64,000 nucleotides of DNA from Lama guanicoe (lineage: Eukaryota), in assembly GCA_013239625.1 (NCBI GenBank), contig MU054391.1:9147095-9211094 (forward strand), in the 5' to 3' direction. Positions 1-13,514 of this stretch are shown in pieces. Positions within the stretch are counted from its first letter, which is position 1; each line of letters opens with the position of its first letter. The notes under the pieces were generated by a model. That model did not search any database. It had not been told where the DNA came from and was given only the letters and a program-made list of their open reading frames with translations. Both the position numbers and the translations under genes were made by a program.

Positions 1-599
1 CACTTGCTTTGTCCCTAAGTAACTGCAGCAGGGGCGGCACTGTATCTGAACACGTGGGTGAATGAGCCGTGAGCCTGCTTTCTTGGTGCTCACGGTAAAC
101 CCACTGGGGTGTTCCAAGGATTCAGAAAGGGAGCTGGGAGCCAGAAGCTCACCAGATGAATAAGGATGACAGAGTATTCTGGGCACAGAGAGCAGTGTGT
201 GATTCACAGACGTGTAGAAGGAACTACAGATGGACCTGATCTTTCTGTCTGGGGTGAAGGGTGTGTACAAGGGAGTGAAAGGAGAAGGACTGAAAGAGAG
301 AATCGAGAGCTGCTTATGAGGTTCTCCTATTGGTCACTAGGCTGCGGGGGGGAAGAGACGGGATGGAGATGATCCCAGTGTTTTAAGATTAAGTGTAAGG
401 ACCTGAGGAGATTGCATTTAGCCATCCTCCAGCAGCAGGGCCTAGGATGCCTGGAACTGGGTGAGATGAGAAGACTGCAGTTGGTCCGAAGAGATGTGCT
501 GAGGGCTTGAAGGAAGAAGGTAGGGCTGGAGGAAATCGGTTGTAAGTGATGTTCAGTGCAGCATAGCTGCCCAGAGCCCAGGCCCTGGATCTGCTGTGG

Positions 600-1035
600 T
601 CCTCCTTCTTCTTTAGACCGTGTCCACAGGAGCCAGGCTGGACCCTGGACCCATGATGGTTCCCCACTACCTTCTGTCACTGGCCACAGGGATCGGTCCC
701 AGGAAGGGATACGTGACTAAAAGTTGGACCAATCAGAAGGCTTTGCCAAGACCTTTCAACCTTGAGCCAGGGAAAGAAAGCCCTTCACTTACCAACACCC
801 AAAGCAGCCAACAGTCACTCCTCCCAGTGAGAAGTAGCCTCTACAGTAGGTGAGAATAAAAGTGATGGAAAAAAAATACACACAGAGAGTCAGAGAATGA
901 AAACAAAGATGGCTTCTGAGCCTCCCATTCTAGGTGTTTACAAGCCAGCTCAGCCCCGGACCTGCTATATGGGCCAGCTATGCCCTCCTTTTTCACCCAA
1001 GTTCTTTGATTTGGGATTAGTTATCGGCAGCCCTC
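600..1035 (+). mobile_element. Old MaLR LTR fragment (MLT1J/K-like)
   Basis: MLT1-type motifs such as gtgactaaaagttggaccaatcaga and a degenerate 3' end gatttgggattagttatcggcagcc; boundaries approximate. Confidence 0.5.
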
Positions 1036-1158
1036 CGAGGCTCTTAAGTAAAACAATGGGAATGACAGGACGAGAGACAGACCTGAGAGATCTGGAGAAA
1101 TGGAATTACAGGACGTGGGAATACGAAATAAGGTGCATCAAGTCTGTATGGACTAGAT

Positions 1159-1372
1159 CAGGGGTTGACAAGGGGTTTTCTGTCAAGGACAAGATGGTTA
1201 ATATCATAGGATTCGCACGCTATCTGCTCTCTGTTGCAGCTGCGCGGCCCTGCTGCTGTAACGTGAAAGCAGCCAGGGACCCTTGTAAAGAAGCAGGCAT
1301 GGCTGTGTTCAATAAAACTTTATTGACAAAGACAGATGGTGGGTCAGATTTTGCCTGCAAGCCAAGCCCTGG
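1159..1372. mobile_element. MER58A-like hAT-Charlie MITE
   Basis: Starts caggggttgacaa; contains the typical ggcatggctgtgttcaataaaactttattgacaaagacag segment. Confidence 0.8.
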
Positions 1373-1874
1373 GCTCTATAGATCACCTTCTTTTGCTTTA
1401 ATTCCCAGCTCATCAAGCACTCTTCTGTTGCCAATCACATTTTCCAGACGCTCTTGATATTAGGTGAATGGGTTGCCTGGATTGAGGACACAGCCGTCTT
1501 CTTACTTGGAAAAAGACATCTTTTAGTACAGCAGTGAGTATTTGGCCAGGTGGTAGATATCTTTGTGCCAAGAAAGCCCAGGTTTCTTGGGCGATGCCCC
1601 TGAACCAGTCTGCCTAGCCTCTCTTCCCTGCATCCCCTCTGCCATACAGACGACCACCTCCCATCTTGAGACTTTCCCCGCAAATGCAGTGTGATAAAAC
1701 AACCCTCGCAGTGACTCTGGGAAGCAGCCGCATTAAGAAGTGGCCTGATGTCCCATTTCCAACTGAAGTTGAATCTACCCCCTGCCTCCTCTTTCTTACA
1801 CTTTCTGTTCCATCTTAATGCTTTCTACCTTCTGTTCACCCTGTTTCAAACTGCTAAAAGGTACTAGAGGCTAG

Positions 1875-2035
1875 ATTTTTCACTTTAGGCACATCTCTTA
1901 GTTTCCTTTAATGCCATCGTGCTCATCTGCAAATAGGGGAACTATCTCTGTCTCCCGGGGTCGCTCAGCCAGTGAAATTAGATGACAAATATGAGATGCC
2001 CGTTGCAGTTTCGGGCCTGCAGTAGATGCTCAGTG
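1875..2035 (+). mobile_element. MIR SINE fragment
   Basis: Core ctcatctgcaaatagggg and 3' tagatgctcagt. Confidence 0.6.
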
Positions 2036-5000
2036 CACCCAGGGTGGTCCTGGAAGGGCGAGGAGAGCCTGGCTGAATTACGCAGCCTTCGTGGCCCTGG
2101 ATCTTAGGCCCCCTACAGAATGGTGCTCAAAAATTATTCATTCAGTTGGCTGTTTATTCTGCATGTGTGTCCTGGGACCTATCGGAACAGGATTGATCTG
2201 CCACCCACAAGTCTCGAAGGACAGAATCTAGGCAAAACCAGGCATGGATGTTTCGTAAATAACTGTAGTAACAGATGGGTGGAGTTAAATATTTTGTCAA
2301 CATGGAAATCACTTTTCCAAAATGAGTTTTCCCATCTAAGGAAAGTGCCCTTAATTTCTACAATTAAAAATACCTGCCATATGTTAAACTCTCTCTGGTA
2401 GCAGCTTCTAAGTGGAACGACACATTCTCCAGGCTTCTTTCCACGTAGGCCAATTGGAACGACACGAGTTAGGAGACCTGGATTCGCTCGCCCCATCCTG
2501 TTCTCAGGGGCGCTCGGCCGGGGACTACCCATGGGGGCCTCGTTTCCCTGGGTCTAAACAAAGAGTGAAAGGCAATGATTTCTAATGATCTCCACTGAGC
2601 CCATCTCTGGTGAAAACATGGTATATGAGGAAGAGAGTGAAGAGAACACCTTCCAGAGAAAGACTCCTTCAGAAGAGAGTATGGGGTGGGAAGCGTGCGT
2701 GCTCAGGGGAGGCAGGGCTCAGCAGTGCATCAAGTTCAGGTTGACAGTGAACCTCCAATAAATACAGCTCAGGCACCTGGCCACGTGATGCAATGGCCTT
2801 CAGAGACAGGGGTCTTCAAATCCCAGGTCAGCCACTTGGCTCTGTGAACTTCAGCCACGTGTTTACTCTGAGACTCAGTGAACTCAGCTTCATAGGAGGC
2901 ACCAGACAACACACCTGTTCCAAGAGCTTCAGGCCCATCAGTGAGTTCCAAATGGTACCCAGTGTCCCAGGACAGGTGTTCCACTGTGAGCCTGGATCCC
3001 GTCCTCTAAGCCAGGCCCTTCCCAAAGAGGCCAGCTCTCCCACCGCCCAGCCTTTGCTCAAAGGGCTCACACCTGAAATGTTATCCTTTTTTAGCTCATT
3101 GAAATTCTATTTCTTCCAGAAAGAGCGTCCAGAAATTTCTTTAAGAAATCTTTCTTCAATCTCAGTTGTCATTCACGGCACATTTATCAACGACTGTGTC
3201 AGAAACCATGCTTGTTCATAGCAGATCAATCAGCAAACCCAGCTTTGGAAAGCACATGGTCCCATGGGAGTCAGGAGTATGTGGTCAACTCATAAATGCC
3301 ACAGGTAGACGCCACAATGGGAGACAGAGGTGTATATAAATGATCACGGTGGGGTCCAGAGGAGCGAAGAGACCTCTGCCTGGGCTGGGGGTGGAGGTGG
3401 TCCTCCCTTCCCATAGCACCAGGAAGCCCTCTCCCAGCCCTCCACTGGTTACTGTGATTGAGCGAGTCTGTGAATCTCTCATAGATCTGGGAACTCCTGG
3501 AGTTTGCGCCCTGCTCCCTGGCCCCCAGCATAATGCCCAGCTGTGAGCCCGAGACAATGCTGAACATTCCATACCCGTAGTCAAGGAGTCCCTGGCAACC
3601 AAGTGAGGACGGCCTGGGGCTGGGCTGCGGCCAATTTCCAGGTCAACACCAAAGCTGTCGTGGCTGAATTAGCAACACTGTTAGCAAAACGAACCAATGC
3701 CAGTGACAGGAAGGACACACACCCTCTTGTTTGTTTCTGGTGGCAAATCTGCGGGGACTTTTCATCATTAAGGAGACTGACCTAAATTCCAGCTTGAATG
3801 TTTTCATGCCACATTGGCCTGGGCAGTGGCAAGGCCATCCATCTACAGTCTATGTGGTTGACAAGTACCCAGCGTGACACCTTTTCCAAACATGTCACAG
3901 TAAAAGCAAAAGTGTGAGGAGACTCTATGGGTTAGCAACACTTCTTGGAAATTTCTCTGGGACTAATTTTAAAAAAAAAAGAGTGAGAGAAGGATGAAAT
4001 GTTATCAGTCATGGTCATGAGATCCACTGTCACGTGCCTGATGGTTCACAATTTACACAGTATTTTCACACAGTTTTTCATTTGAGACTCACAAATTTAG
4101 GAAATATTATCATCCCCGTTTCACAGGAAGTGACACAGAGAGACAGTTCCAGGGATGGGAATAAGGACACATCTCTGCATGCAAGGGTGACTCGGAGAAG
4201 GACGAAGACCCCCCACGTCAGCAATTTCCAGTTCCACCCAGTGCTACAGCTTCTCCACCTCCTCCCTGTAACTCTAAGTATCAGATCCACTGCCAGCACA
4301 GTCCCTGACGAGCCATCCAGTGAGACGCAGAGGAAATGACAGGTGGCATCGAGATCTAGAAGGCCTCACATGAAGAAGAAAACAGACTCACTTAGCACAC
4401 ACCCAAAGGTCAGAACAAGGACCCAGGCAGACAAGGCCAGGCTCCACCCAGTGGAGAAATCTCTTCCCTGACGTTTACAACTGAGCCCTTTCAGAAGCAG
4501 TGAGCTCAGCACGGCTCAGGGGCCCGGGCAGAGACTGGGAGATGCCTTGCTGGCAAGATGGAGCAGGGATTCAAACAACAGCTGGGCCTGGACCAAATGA
4601 CTCCTTTAAATCAGGTTGCCTAGGGGACGTCCGCCATCCTTTGGTTAATACCATTGCCTGCCAGCACACCCGCCTCTGCCTCCCTGGGCCTGTCAGTCAG
4701 AGATGGTGTCATCAAAAGGTACTCCCGTTATCTCGGTGACTCAGGGACAGGCAGGCAGCAAGCCTGTGTTCCCATGTCTATCACCCCTGCCCCCTCCACA
4801 CATGGCCCTCCCATCTCTCCCCGCAGTAATTAAGCATTGAATGACGAGTACCTCTAAGCCCCATTACCCACGTGTCATAACACAGCTCACAAAGCCCACA
4901 GCTCATCCCTAAAAGAATGCCAACCTCTGGTACACACAGACTTCTGCTTTTTAAACCCATCTGTGTATTTGCCGTCAATGCAACTTGCATTCTACCAGCT

Positions 5001-5079
5001 CTGTATATTTTACAACATAAATTGAACAATAGTCCATTATATGTTTATGTCTAATAAGGAAATGGATGAAAACAATGAA

Positions 5080-5345
5080 ATAATAGCATCTCTTTGCCAA
5101 ATGCCTGCTGTGTATTAGGAACTATGCAAGCAATTTCACGTATGTTACTCTGGTTCTCATCCTGCAAGTCATATGATGACCTGACCATTTTACAGACGTT
5201 CACAAAAATTAAGTTCCCTGATCAGGTTAGTTTGATTTCAAATCCCATGTAATTCAAACTCCACAAGGTAAGAGATAATTCCATTGGTAACGTTGGCTGT
5301 GAACAGCACTGGGATTGAACACTAAGTCTGTGTGACCCCAAAGTT
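5080..5345 (-). mobile_element. MIR SINE fragment(s)
   Basis: ccattttacaga core and gggattgaacactaagtctgtgtgacccca. Confidence 0.55.
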
Positions 5346-6529
5346 GATATGATTTCCCACTGACAAGCTGCTGGAAGCATTCCTAAATGTGCAAAGAAAA
5401 GTTAAGTTTGCAGCTTAAGTTTTATCTAGAAAGGCAACTTTTATTTCAGAATTCTATTAGGAAAAAAGGGGTTGCGATGGGGGAGGAAATACGATCAAGA
5501 AAAGAGGTTCCAACACCAAGGTTGTATGGTTATTTATTACAAATGCTGATTTTTTTCCCCCTCTTTTTCCATTATTTACTTGTTCAGGGAGCTAGAAACA
5601 GGAAAGCAGCCTTGGCGATTCAGCAGTTATTTAAATAGAACAGGGCTGGGATTGTGCACTCAGCCCCCTGTAATTGGAAACCGTTCCTACCATGCACCGA
5701 TATTTCAAAAGCAACACAACCCAATTCTCTGACCCATGAATCAGAGGGTTTTCCCCTCAACTGGCATGAAAGATTGGGGCCAGGGGGGACTGGAAGAAAG
5801 GCTTCTCTTAGGCACAGCTTCTGCAGAAGTGCGCTGACAAAGGAAAATCTAGTCGACTGAATTTTTAATTGTATATTAGAATAAATTAATGTGCGGCATG
5901 AACTTTCCTCGTGCAGTGAATCCACGCTACAAAGCAGACCCTGTATTTTGCAAATGGAGGCGCGTACGCCCCTGAACACTTGTAATGGTTCCTGCAGCTC
6001 AGCTCTTGAAACAGACTCACTCAGCTCTAATGATTTATGTTCAGGAAAGAAATGTTGCGAGCAAAGTCATCCCCTTTCAGATTCATATTAATTCCTCTCT
6101 TATTCAAACATAATGATTTCAGTGCTGGTTATCCCTGGCCTCCAATCTTATTTTGGAGGAAAGGGGGCTCTGAAATTGGACAAACCTGACATTACTCTAG
6201 GACTCTGGATGGGATCCTTTATCTCACTGAACCTCAGTTATCCCATCTGAAAACTGGGCTCATAAATTATATCACACATGGGTACTGGGAGACTAAAGAA
6301 GATAATGAATACAAAGGGACTACAATGCCTAATAGACACGCAGTAAACATTAGCTCTGCTTTCTCTACTGTGATTAAAGGTGCTGTGAACATTTAGGGGT
6401 CCTGATGCTGGTTCCCGCATCCATACATAAATGCAAGCAACTACTCATCATTTGTGTCTTTTCCTAACCTAGAATAGGGCTTGCATCCTCCTTGCTCCCT
6501 GTCGTCACCAGCATGGCTTTGCCACGCTG

Positions 6530-6745
6530 GGCACCTGTGTTCCAGACCCTTCACATTTGTTATCCTGTCTAATCTGATCCTCATGCTATCCTGGGAGATG
6601 GTCAGTACTATCTCCATTTTACAGATGGAGAAACCAAAGCTTAGGAAGGACAGGTCACTTTTCTGAGATTAACCAGCTAGTAAATAGCAGAACGAAGAAT
6701 CAAATCCAGGTCTGTCTGGCTCAAAAGCCTATGCTTACTTACTCT
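6530..6745 (-). mobile_element. MIR SINE
   Basis: ctccattttacagatggagaaacc ... cagctagtaaatagcagaac ... aatccaggtctgtctggctcaaaagcc. Confidence 0.85.
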
Positions 6746-6767
6746 TGAAAAATCTTGACCCTTAGGA

Positions 6768-6995
6768 CAGTAATTCTCAAATGGTGGTAATTCTGTTCAC
6801 CAATTTTGTTCCTATTCATAATGTCTGGAGATATTTTTAATTTCTACAACTTGGGGATGAGGGGAGGGGATGCTCCTGGCATCAAGTTTGTGGCCAGTGA
6901 TATTGCTAAACAAGTTCCAGTGCCCAGAACAGCCTCCCATGATGAAAAATTATCTGGTCCAAAATCTCAATAGTGCTGCCATTGAAAAAATTTGC
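6768..6995. mobile_element. MER20-like hAT-Charlie MITE
   Basis: cagtaattctcaa start; aatgtctggagatattttt; aattatctggtccaaaatctcaatagtgc near the end. Confidence 0.8.
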
Positions 6996-7659
6996 CCTAG
7001 CATTTATCAAACTTTGTCTTGTTTTAATATAAGCAAATGTAATATCATCATATTTCTGAATTCAGAACTTCATTTCTTATAGATGTGTAGATACCAAAAG
7101 ATCTTATTTTATCCGGCTCTTCCGCAAGGCGGAAATTTTCCCACTGAGTGTTATATGTTCATACTGTCAGTTTCTCTTACATCGACAGCACACATCTATT
7201 GTCTCATGGTTTCCATGGTAAAAGGTCTATCTGTTGTTTGCTTAGATTATTTTTCGCTTGTTCATGCCATTTTGAAGACATTTTTTAAAATGAAACTGCC
7301 AAGGTCAAATCTAATATATTCTTCCCTCTTTTTTCTGTTATTTTTTTCCCCTACATCAAATAGATAGCATGCCATGGAATTGAAACAATTCACAATGTCT
7401 GTAAACTGGGTACCAGCTCTAAGAGAGGATGGAAGGAATTATTTATAAAATAAAAATGTTATATCTGACAAGGGTCTTAGAAGTCTAGTTCCCTCCCTAC
7501 CTCCATTTGACAGAGAAGGAAAGACAGTCCCGGGTTGGCTGCGATCTACTCAGAGTTAAAGGGCTAATTGTCACAGGGCGTGAACAAGGGCACATGATTT
7601 CTCGGGCTGGTGACTTCTTCCTCCCGCACTTGTGGTGCCATGTCGTCAAGTCCAATCAG

Positions 7660-7738
7660 CACACACACACTTGGATGTGCACACACACAGGCAGGCATGT
7701 GTACACCCACGCGTGTGCACACACACATACACACACAT
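7660..7738. repeat. Degenerate (CA)n-rich microsatellite
   Basis: Interrupted CA/TG dinucleotide runs. Confidence 0.7.
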
Positions 7739-8613
7739 TTGCATTTTCCCTCTTTTTCTTTTAGAAGTCTTCAAAGAGGGATGGTTACCAATTTGATAAA
7801 TGCAAACCTAGAGCCATGGTTAGTTGTCCTCTGCTCTGTTGAGGAGTTTAGAGGGAGTAGGGACAACCTGGATTCCAAAATGAGAACATGAGATAACCAG
7901 ACCAACCACTCCAAACATCTGAAGCCCCATATTGAGTTTCCAGCATTTACGAAGCCTGACGTAGGATGCAAAGAGTGACATCGGACCGCTGTGCATCTTT
8001 CTTCCCCAGGACCTCCCCACACTGCCTCCATGGTTTCCTTTACGAAATATAAATATGATCTATTGCCACCTGGCTCAAAAGCCTTTAGCTATCTCCCATT
8101 TGCTAGGTGGAAGATAAAATCTTCAGCATGGCAGGTAGTAAGATGATCATACCTCTCTATCCTTCCCCAAACACACATCCTGCCCTCACCTGTTAGATCT
8201 CTGGGCTTCCCAGAGGATTGCGACTCATAGGTCCTGACACAAGTTCCTCCAGTCCTCCTCCCGGGGCCAGTCTCCATGCTTCTTCCTCTGCAGCCACTGA
8301 CTAGGGTCCTAGCATCACCGGCCTCCCTGACACCCCAGCCCGTATCACAGGGAGGGACACGGATCTCCTTGATTTCCCATAGCAGAACTCACAGCCAAGT
8401 TACGTCAGGAAGACATACTAAGACCCCAGGATCTAAGTAAACAGAGAGAATCATGCGCACTCGCTAGGAGTGGAAACTCTAAAACCCCTTGACACAGACC
8501 CAGCCTCAGAATCCCAACTCCTGCCCCACTTCTTGTCAGAGCCAACTCTAACTTTGCCCTATATACTTTCTAGGCATTTCCACATTTGTGGGTTAAGATC
8601 TCCACTAGATAAA

Positions 8614-8956
8614 TGTCGCAGTCTGTTAGGGCTGCTGTACCACCACAGACTGCTGGCTTATAAACAACATTTATCTCTCACAGTTCTGAAGGTTTGGAAA
8701 TCTAAGGTCAATGCACAGGCTGACTTGGTGTCTGGTGAGGATCCACTTCCTTGTTCACAGACGGCCATGTCCTCACTTGGTGGAAGAGAGGAGGGGGCCT
8801 TCTGTGGTCCCTTTTAAAAGGGCACTACTCCCATTCATGAGGGCTCCACCTTGATGACCTAGTCACTTTCCCAAGTCCCACTTCCTAATATCATCACAAT
8901 GGGGACTAGGATTCCAACATATGAATGTGTGTGGGGAGACAGACATTCAGTCAACA
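8614..8956 (-). mobile_element. MaLR solo LTR (MLT1A-like)
   Basis: TG...CA ends; catttatctctcacagttctg, gtgtctggtgagg, cccattcatgagggctccacc, acacattcag-like end. Confidence 0.85.
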
Positions 8957-10819
8957 CTAATACGAAAGTCTTCCCCTCCTTCCTTCTAAGAATCACAGCA
9001 TTTCTTGCTCCAGGATGACTGACAGTGAATTGATCCCTTTCCTTCTGAGTAAGTTTTAGCCACAAGGTACAAACTGACCACCATCCTCACCCTAAGCAGG
9101 AAAATTACACCTGCCTGTGGCACAATCCAGTCCCTGCTGCATGTCTCATGGGCCAGACTCTGTCAGGTGACTGTAACTGTCTTTCCTCCAGCCTGTCAGG
9201 TGTGTGGCTTGAGCCTGCCTGTGCTCTGCAGGAAATATGCTGTCTACTCCCAAATCCTCATTTCACCCATGAGGGAAATGAAGCTAGAAAGGACTGCCCA
9301 AAGCACCCAGCAAGTCAGCAGCGAGGCCAGGACTAGAACTCAGGTCATCCAAAGTTCAGTCAAGTACTCTATCTTTTAATATGTTCTTGAAATCTCAATA
9401 ATGAGACATTTTAATTTTATATGAGTATGAATACACATATGAGTAGTCGTGAATGCATATGAAACCCCAGGAAGCACTGAACATATGGAAACTGAATCTG
9501 GGTCACAAAACTCCTCGGGGACCCATCATTCCTAGGCCGCAAATGTAATAACTGAAATGGGAAGGTAAATTTCGATGGCAAGGGTACAACACACACTGTA
9601 ATTGACTTAGAAGATGTATTTAGAAACTGTTAATAATGCATGTAAGATGCTGAATATTACTTTTCTCATTATAAATATTTAAGAGCACAGCGTTTTTAAT
9701 AGCACGAGCTTTAACACAGGGATCAGCTCGCATAAATGGCACTCCCCACTGGATACCCGAAGCCCAAGGAAAGACATCAATTCCTGTACCTGGAATAATC
9801 ATAAAAGTGGCATTCTTAAATGGAAAAATGTAAGTCCGTTCTGAAAGATCCCAGAGTGGTATGGTTTTAATTCATGGTGAATCTGTCACCCCCTTGCCAC
9901 AAGAATCCATATACAATCAGCTTGTTTTACATAAATATCTTCCCACATGATCTCCATGGATGGTTCCCTGCTCTGTCTTTTTGGTGGGGTTTGGATAACA
10001 GCAATGCAGTTGGAAATGGATTCTTTCAAAGTCAAGGAAATTTTTGAGTCTTTTTAGCCACCAATTCAGCTGCAGACTGAAAAAAGAAAAATGAATTAAA
10101 AGATGAATTAGCAGCCACAGGAGTGCTAATTACAACTGATCATAAAACTTGATTGAAACAGTCTCATCAATAAAGTTGAACCCTAGTGGAAGCCACGCCC
10201 AGCACTATTTGGGGGAGCTCTTCTGGCAGGGAGTCACTGCTCCCATGCCTAGTGACTCATCGAATCAAAAGACAATTATGCCTAAATTGATACGTAACAA
10301 TGCTATCCCTGGAAATCAGACCCTCATTGTCAGTCAGTGGGAGGAAACAGAAAGGACAGCAAAGAGTCAGACACAGAAATCCAACCCACATGAACTAGAA
10401 TTCTAGAACCACTGTCCATCAGCTGAGTGACCAGAGGCAAGTTACAGGTCTTCCCTGAACCTGGGATTTCACAGTCATGAACTGGAGGCAGTGACACCTC
10501 TACCTGATGGCCCTTGAGGGGACTAGAGTCAACACATGTCCTATTGCCCATCATCTGACAGGTAGTATCCACCGATCATCTTAGCTGGATTCAGATGAGA
10601 TAAACAACTACTTTAAGAGCCAAGGAGGTCATCTGGAAGGTTGCTTATCCCACCCAATGCACTTTGGTATCATGCACAAAGGTTTAAATTTCTTATTAAT
10701 CTGGAAATTAAGATTTGTGTGATTTTTAAAAAATTTTTCTTTCCAGATAAGAAAAATCTAGGGACCTTGGGGACCAGACTAGCTTCTCATGTCCCAGATG
10801 TCTAAATACATGGGAGGTT

Positions 10820-11360
10820 GCAAATGCCCATCGACAGATGAATGGATAAAGGAGATGTGACGTGTGTATAAAGGATATACATGCACATATATCTACACAA
10901 TGGAATATTACTCAGTCATAAAAAATATGAAAAGTTGCTCAGCATTGTATGTTATCAGAGAAATATAAATTAAAGCCATTAAAAAAAAGAATGAAATGAT
11001 GCCATTTGCAGGAACACTGATGTACCTTGAGATGATCATACTAAGTGAAGTAAGTCAGACAGAGAAAGACAAATACCGTATGACATCACTTACATGGGGC
11101 ATCTAAAAAATGATACAAATGAACTTATTTACAAACCAGAAATAGACTCACGGACATAGAAAACAAACTTATGGTTACCAAAAGGGAAAGAGCAGGGGAG
11201 GGATAAATTAGGGATTGGGGATTGGCAGATACAAACTACTCTATATAAAACAGATAAACAATAAGGACCTACTGTATAGCACAGGGAGCTATGTTCAATG
11301 TATTGTAATAACCTATAGTGCTGAAACATTGTAAATCAACTATACTTCAATAAAGAAAGA
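10820..11360 (+). mobile_element. 5'-truncated L1 (end of ORF2 plus 3' UTR), cetartiodactyl type
   Basis: gatgaatggataaag, aatggaatattactcag, ctaagtgaagtaagtcagacagagaaagacaaatacc, ctgtatagcacaggga, tacttcaataaa plus A-rich tail. Confidence 0.93.
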
Positions 11361-12404
11361 AAGATAGATAGATTAATGGTAAAAGCTAAAAAAAAGGGGG
11401 GGGTCAGTTGCACATTGTTGGCCCACAGATGGCACACAGAGCCAAGACTGAAAAGGAGTGTGCTGTACAGAAGCCAAATAAAAGGGCCAAGCGCATCATC
11501 CAACCCGCCAATCAGACATTGTTAGCTATCAGCCTGATGGGAAGCAGAGAGACAGCTGGGGAGAAGGGTCTGCGCTGAGATAAGAGGCTTGGGGCACTTT
11601 ATTTCAGGCACCTGCAACGTCCGACGGAGGGTGAAGAGAGCAGCAGACACAACAGAGAGTTTTTTGCTGTGGGCTTCCTTTCAATATATAGTTTCTCAAA
11701 CAGAAGGAAAATAATTGCTTTATTTTTCTATGTTTCCAAGTTCAAAAAAAAAATGAAGGAACATGTATTAACACTAGTTGGAAATGTTCGAGTCTTTTCT
11801 TCTTTCTCTTGGGGGTCAAGACACCTCCCGAGGCATGCCCGACTCTGCATAGATCGCCCAGAAACACAGCTTATCAGCCAGAAACGTGGAGTCCGCTCCT
11901 GGGTCAAGTTCTGCTCTGTAGCTCTCATCTTAACGCTCAGATCCAGCCAGTCCCTCAAACCATGCAGACTCGCACAGGGTAAGCACACCAGGAGCCTAAA
12001 GAGCGAATGTCATGCTGCAAAGGGAAGGGGTGCGGCAGCAGGTGTGGGTCTCCTTCTACAGACCTGGGAAGAGAAGGGCTGACCTGACTACTAAGGCCAC
12101 CCTGGATCCCGAGTTAGCAGCCTGTGACAAGACAGGGCATCCACAATGGAAAGCTGCCAGTGAGATGGGCTCCGACCCAGATCAGCCAAGCTCCTTCCGC
12201 CCGATTCTCTGCAGGACTCCTCCACCTGGGCTCCTATCCAGCTGGCCCACCCTTCCCTTCCCTGCTCTTTGCTTCTGCCCTGAACTATGCACTATTTCCC
12301 ACACGAGTAGATGTTCTTGTACGTCCGTGCCTTTGCTCAAAATGCTGCCTCTGCCTGGAGTTTCATTCCAGACTCTTCATTTATTTTAAATAAACATTTC
12401 AGAT

Positions 12405-12535
12405 GTTCATTCAATCATAGTCATTCAGCAAATGTTTATCAGTCGTCTAATGTGTGCCATTCTCTGTTGTTCTGGACGCTGGTAACCAGATATTAATCAG
12501 AAACAAGAAGCAATTTCTACACTTAACGAGCTGAA
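12405..12535 (-). mobile_element. L2 3' end
   Basis: cattcagcaaatgtttat ... tgtgtgcca, the reverse complement of the L2 tail. Confidence 0.6.
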
Positions 12536-12582
12536 GGAGGTTACACGATTCTTGAAACCTTCCTCGGTTTCCAGCAAGAAGT

Positions 12583-13055
12583 TGTCACCAAATGCAAGTT
12601 CATGTGCCCAATGCACGGTGAGGCCAAACATACCAAAACATCGGAGTTTGGAGCAGAGAAAGGTTGATTGCAGGGCAGCGCAAGGAGGACGGGGTGGCTC
12701 GTGCCCAAGAAAACCCCGAACTCCTCAGAGGATTTCAGCAAAGAGTATTTAAAGGCCAGGTAAGGGAGGGGGATCCCAAGGTCCATGATCAGCTCGTGCA
12801 CAATTCTGACTGGCTGATGTGAAGGGAACAGGGTGGTTAACACTATCAACCCCTAGGTGCCAGGTTTGGAGGCCACGTGCCCTCGATCATCAAGCAGTTA
12901 ATTTCTTCCCTTTGGTGGTGATTTTTAGCATCTGAAAAACTCAGGAAATATTCATGAGATTCTATTATCCGGGTACTTCAGAGAGGAGCTACAGCAGAGG
13001 ATGTGGGGGAGGGGTCTGTCCCTGGAAGACCTCATAGGGTCCCTGCTCTGTTACA
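12583..13055 (-). mobile_element. ERV1-class solo LTR
   Basis: Minus strand TGTAACAGAGCAGG...GGTGACA; exact 4-bp TSD aagt at 12579-12582 and 13056-13059. Confidence 0.9.
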
Positions 13056-13514
13056 AAGTCATTCCGCTCTGATCTGAAGTCCCACACACGTGGAATTTGC
13101 TGCAGTCTCAAAACACTTACTAAACCCAACCTTGACCTAGAATTATTTAGTTAATTTTAGAGTTTCAGAGTGAAAAATCATCTTCAGGGTCATCTGCTGC
13201 CTATGGGGAAGGGCCAGCTGGTCTACTCCCAAACAAACACAACTTCCCGCCAAGAGGGATTAATCTTTGACTATGGGTTCTATTCATTACGCACCTTGTT
13301 TTAATGATAGGTCTTTCCCTAAAAATCCCAAAGTTAAATCTATTTAAATATTACATGCATCGCATTCCTTTTATTCTTTTCAGGGAGTCCTTTGAATGAT
13401 GTCTCACAGTAAGTCCGGCCAGCCTCTCTTCTCCAGATCTTCGTGCATTTCTGCCTCAGCTCATTCAAAACAAGGGCCACTAATCCTTCCTGCACCTGAC
13501 AGATGTGCTGGCGA

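Noticed and set aside
897..1457. 186-aa ORF as a gene
   Set aside because: Runs across MLT1 and MER58A repeats; no recognisable domain
2413..2465. tggaacgacac repeated twice
   Set aside because: Only 11 bp, two copies, next to MIR-like sequence; probably a trivial local duplication
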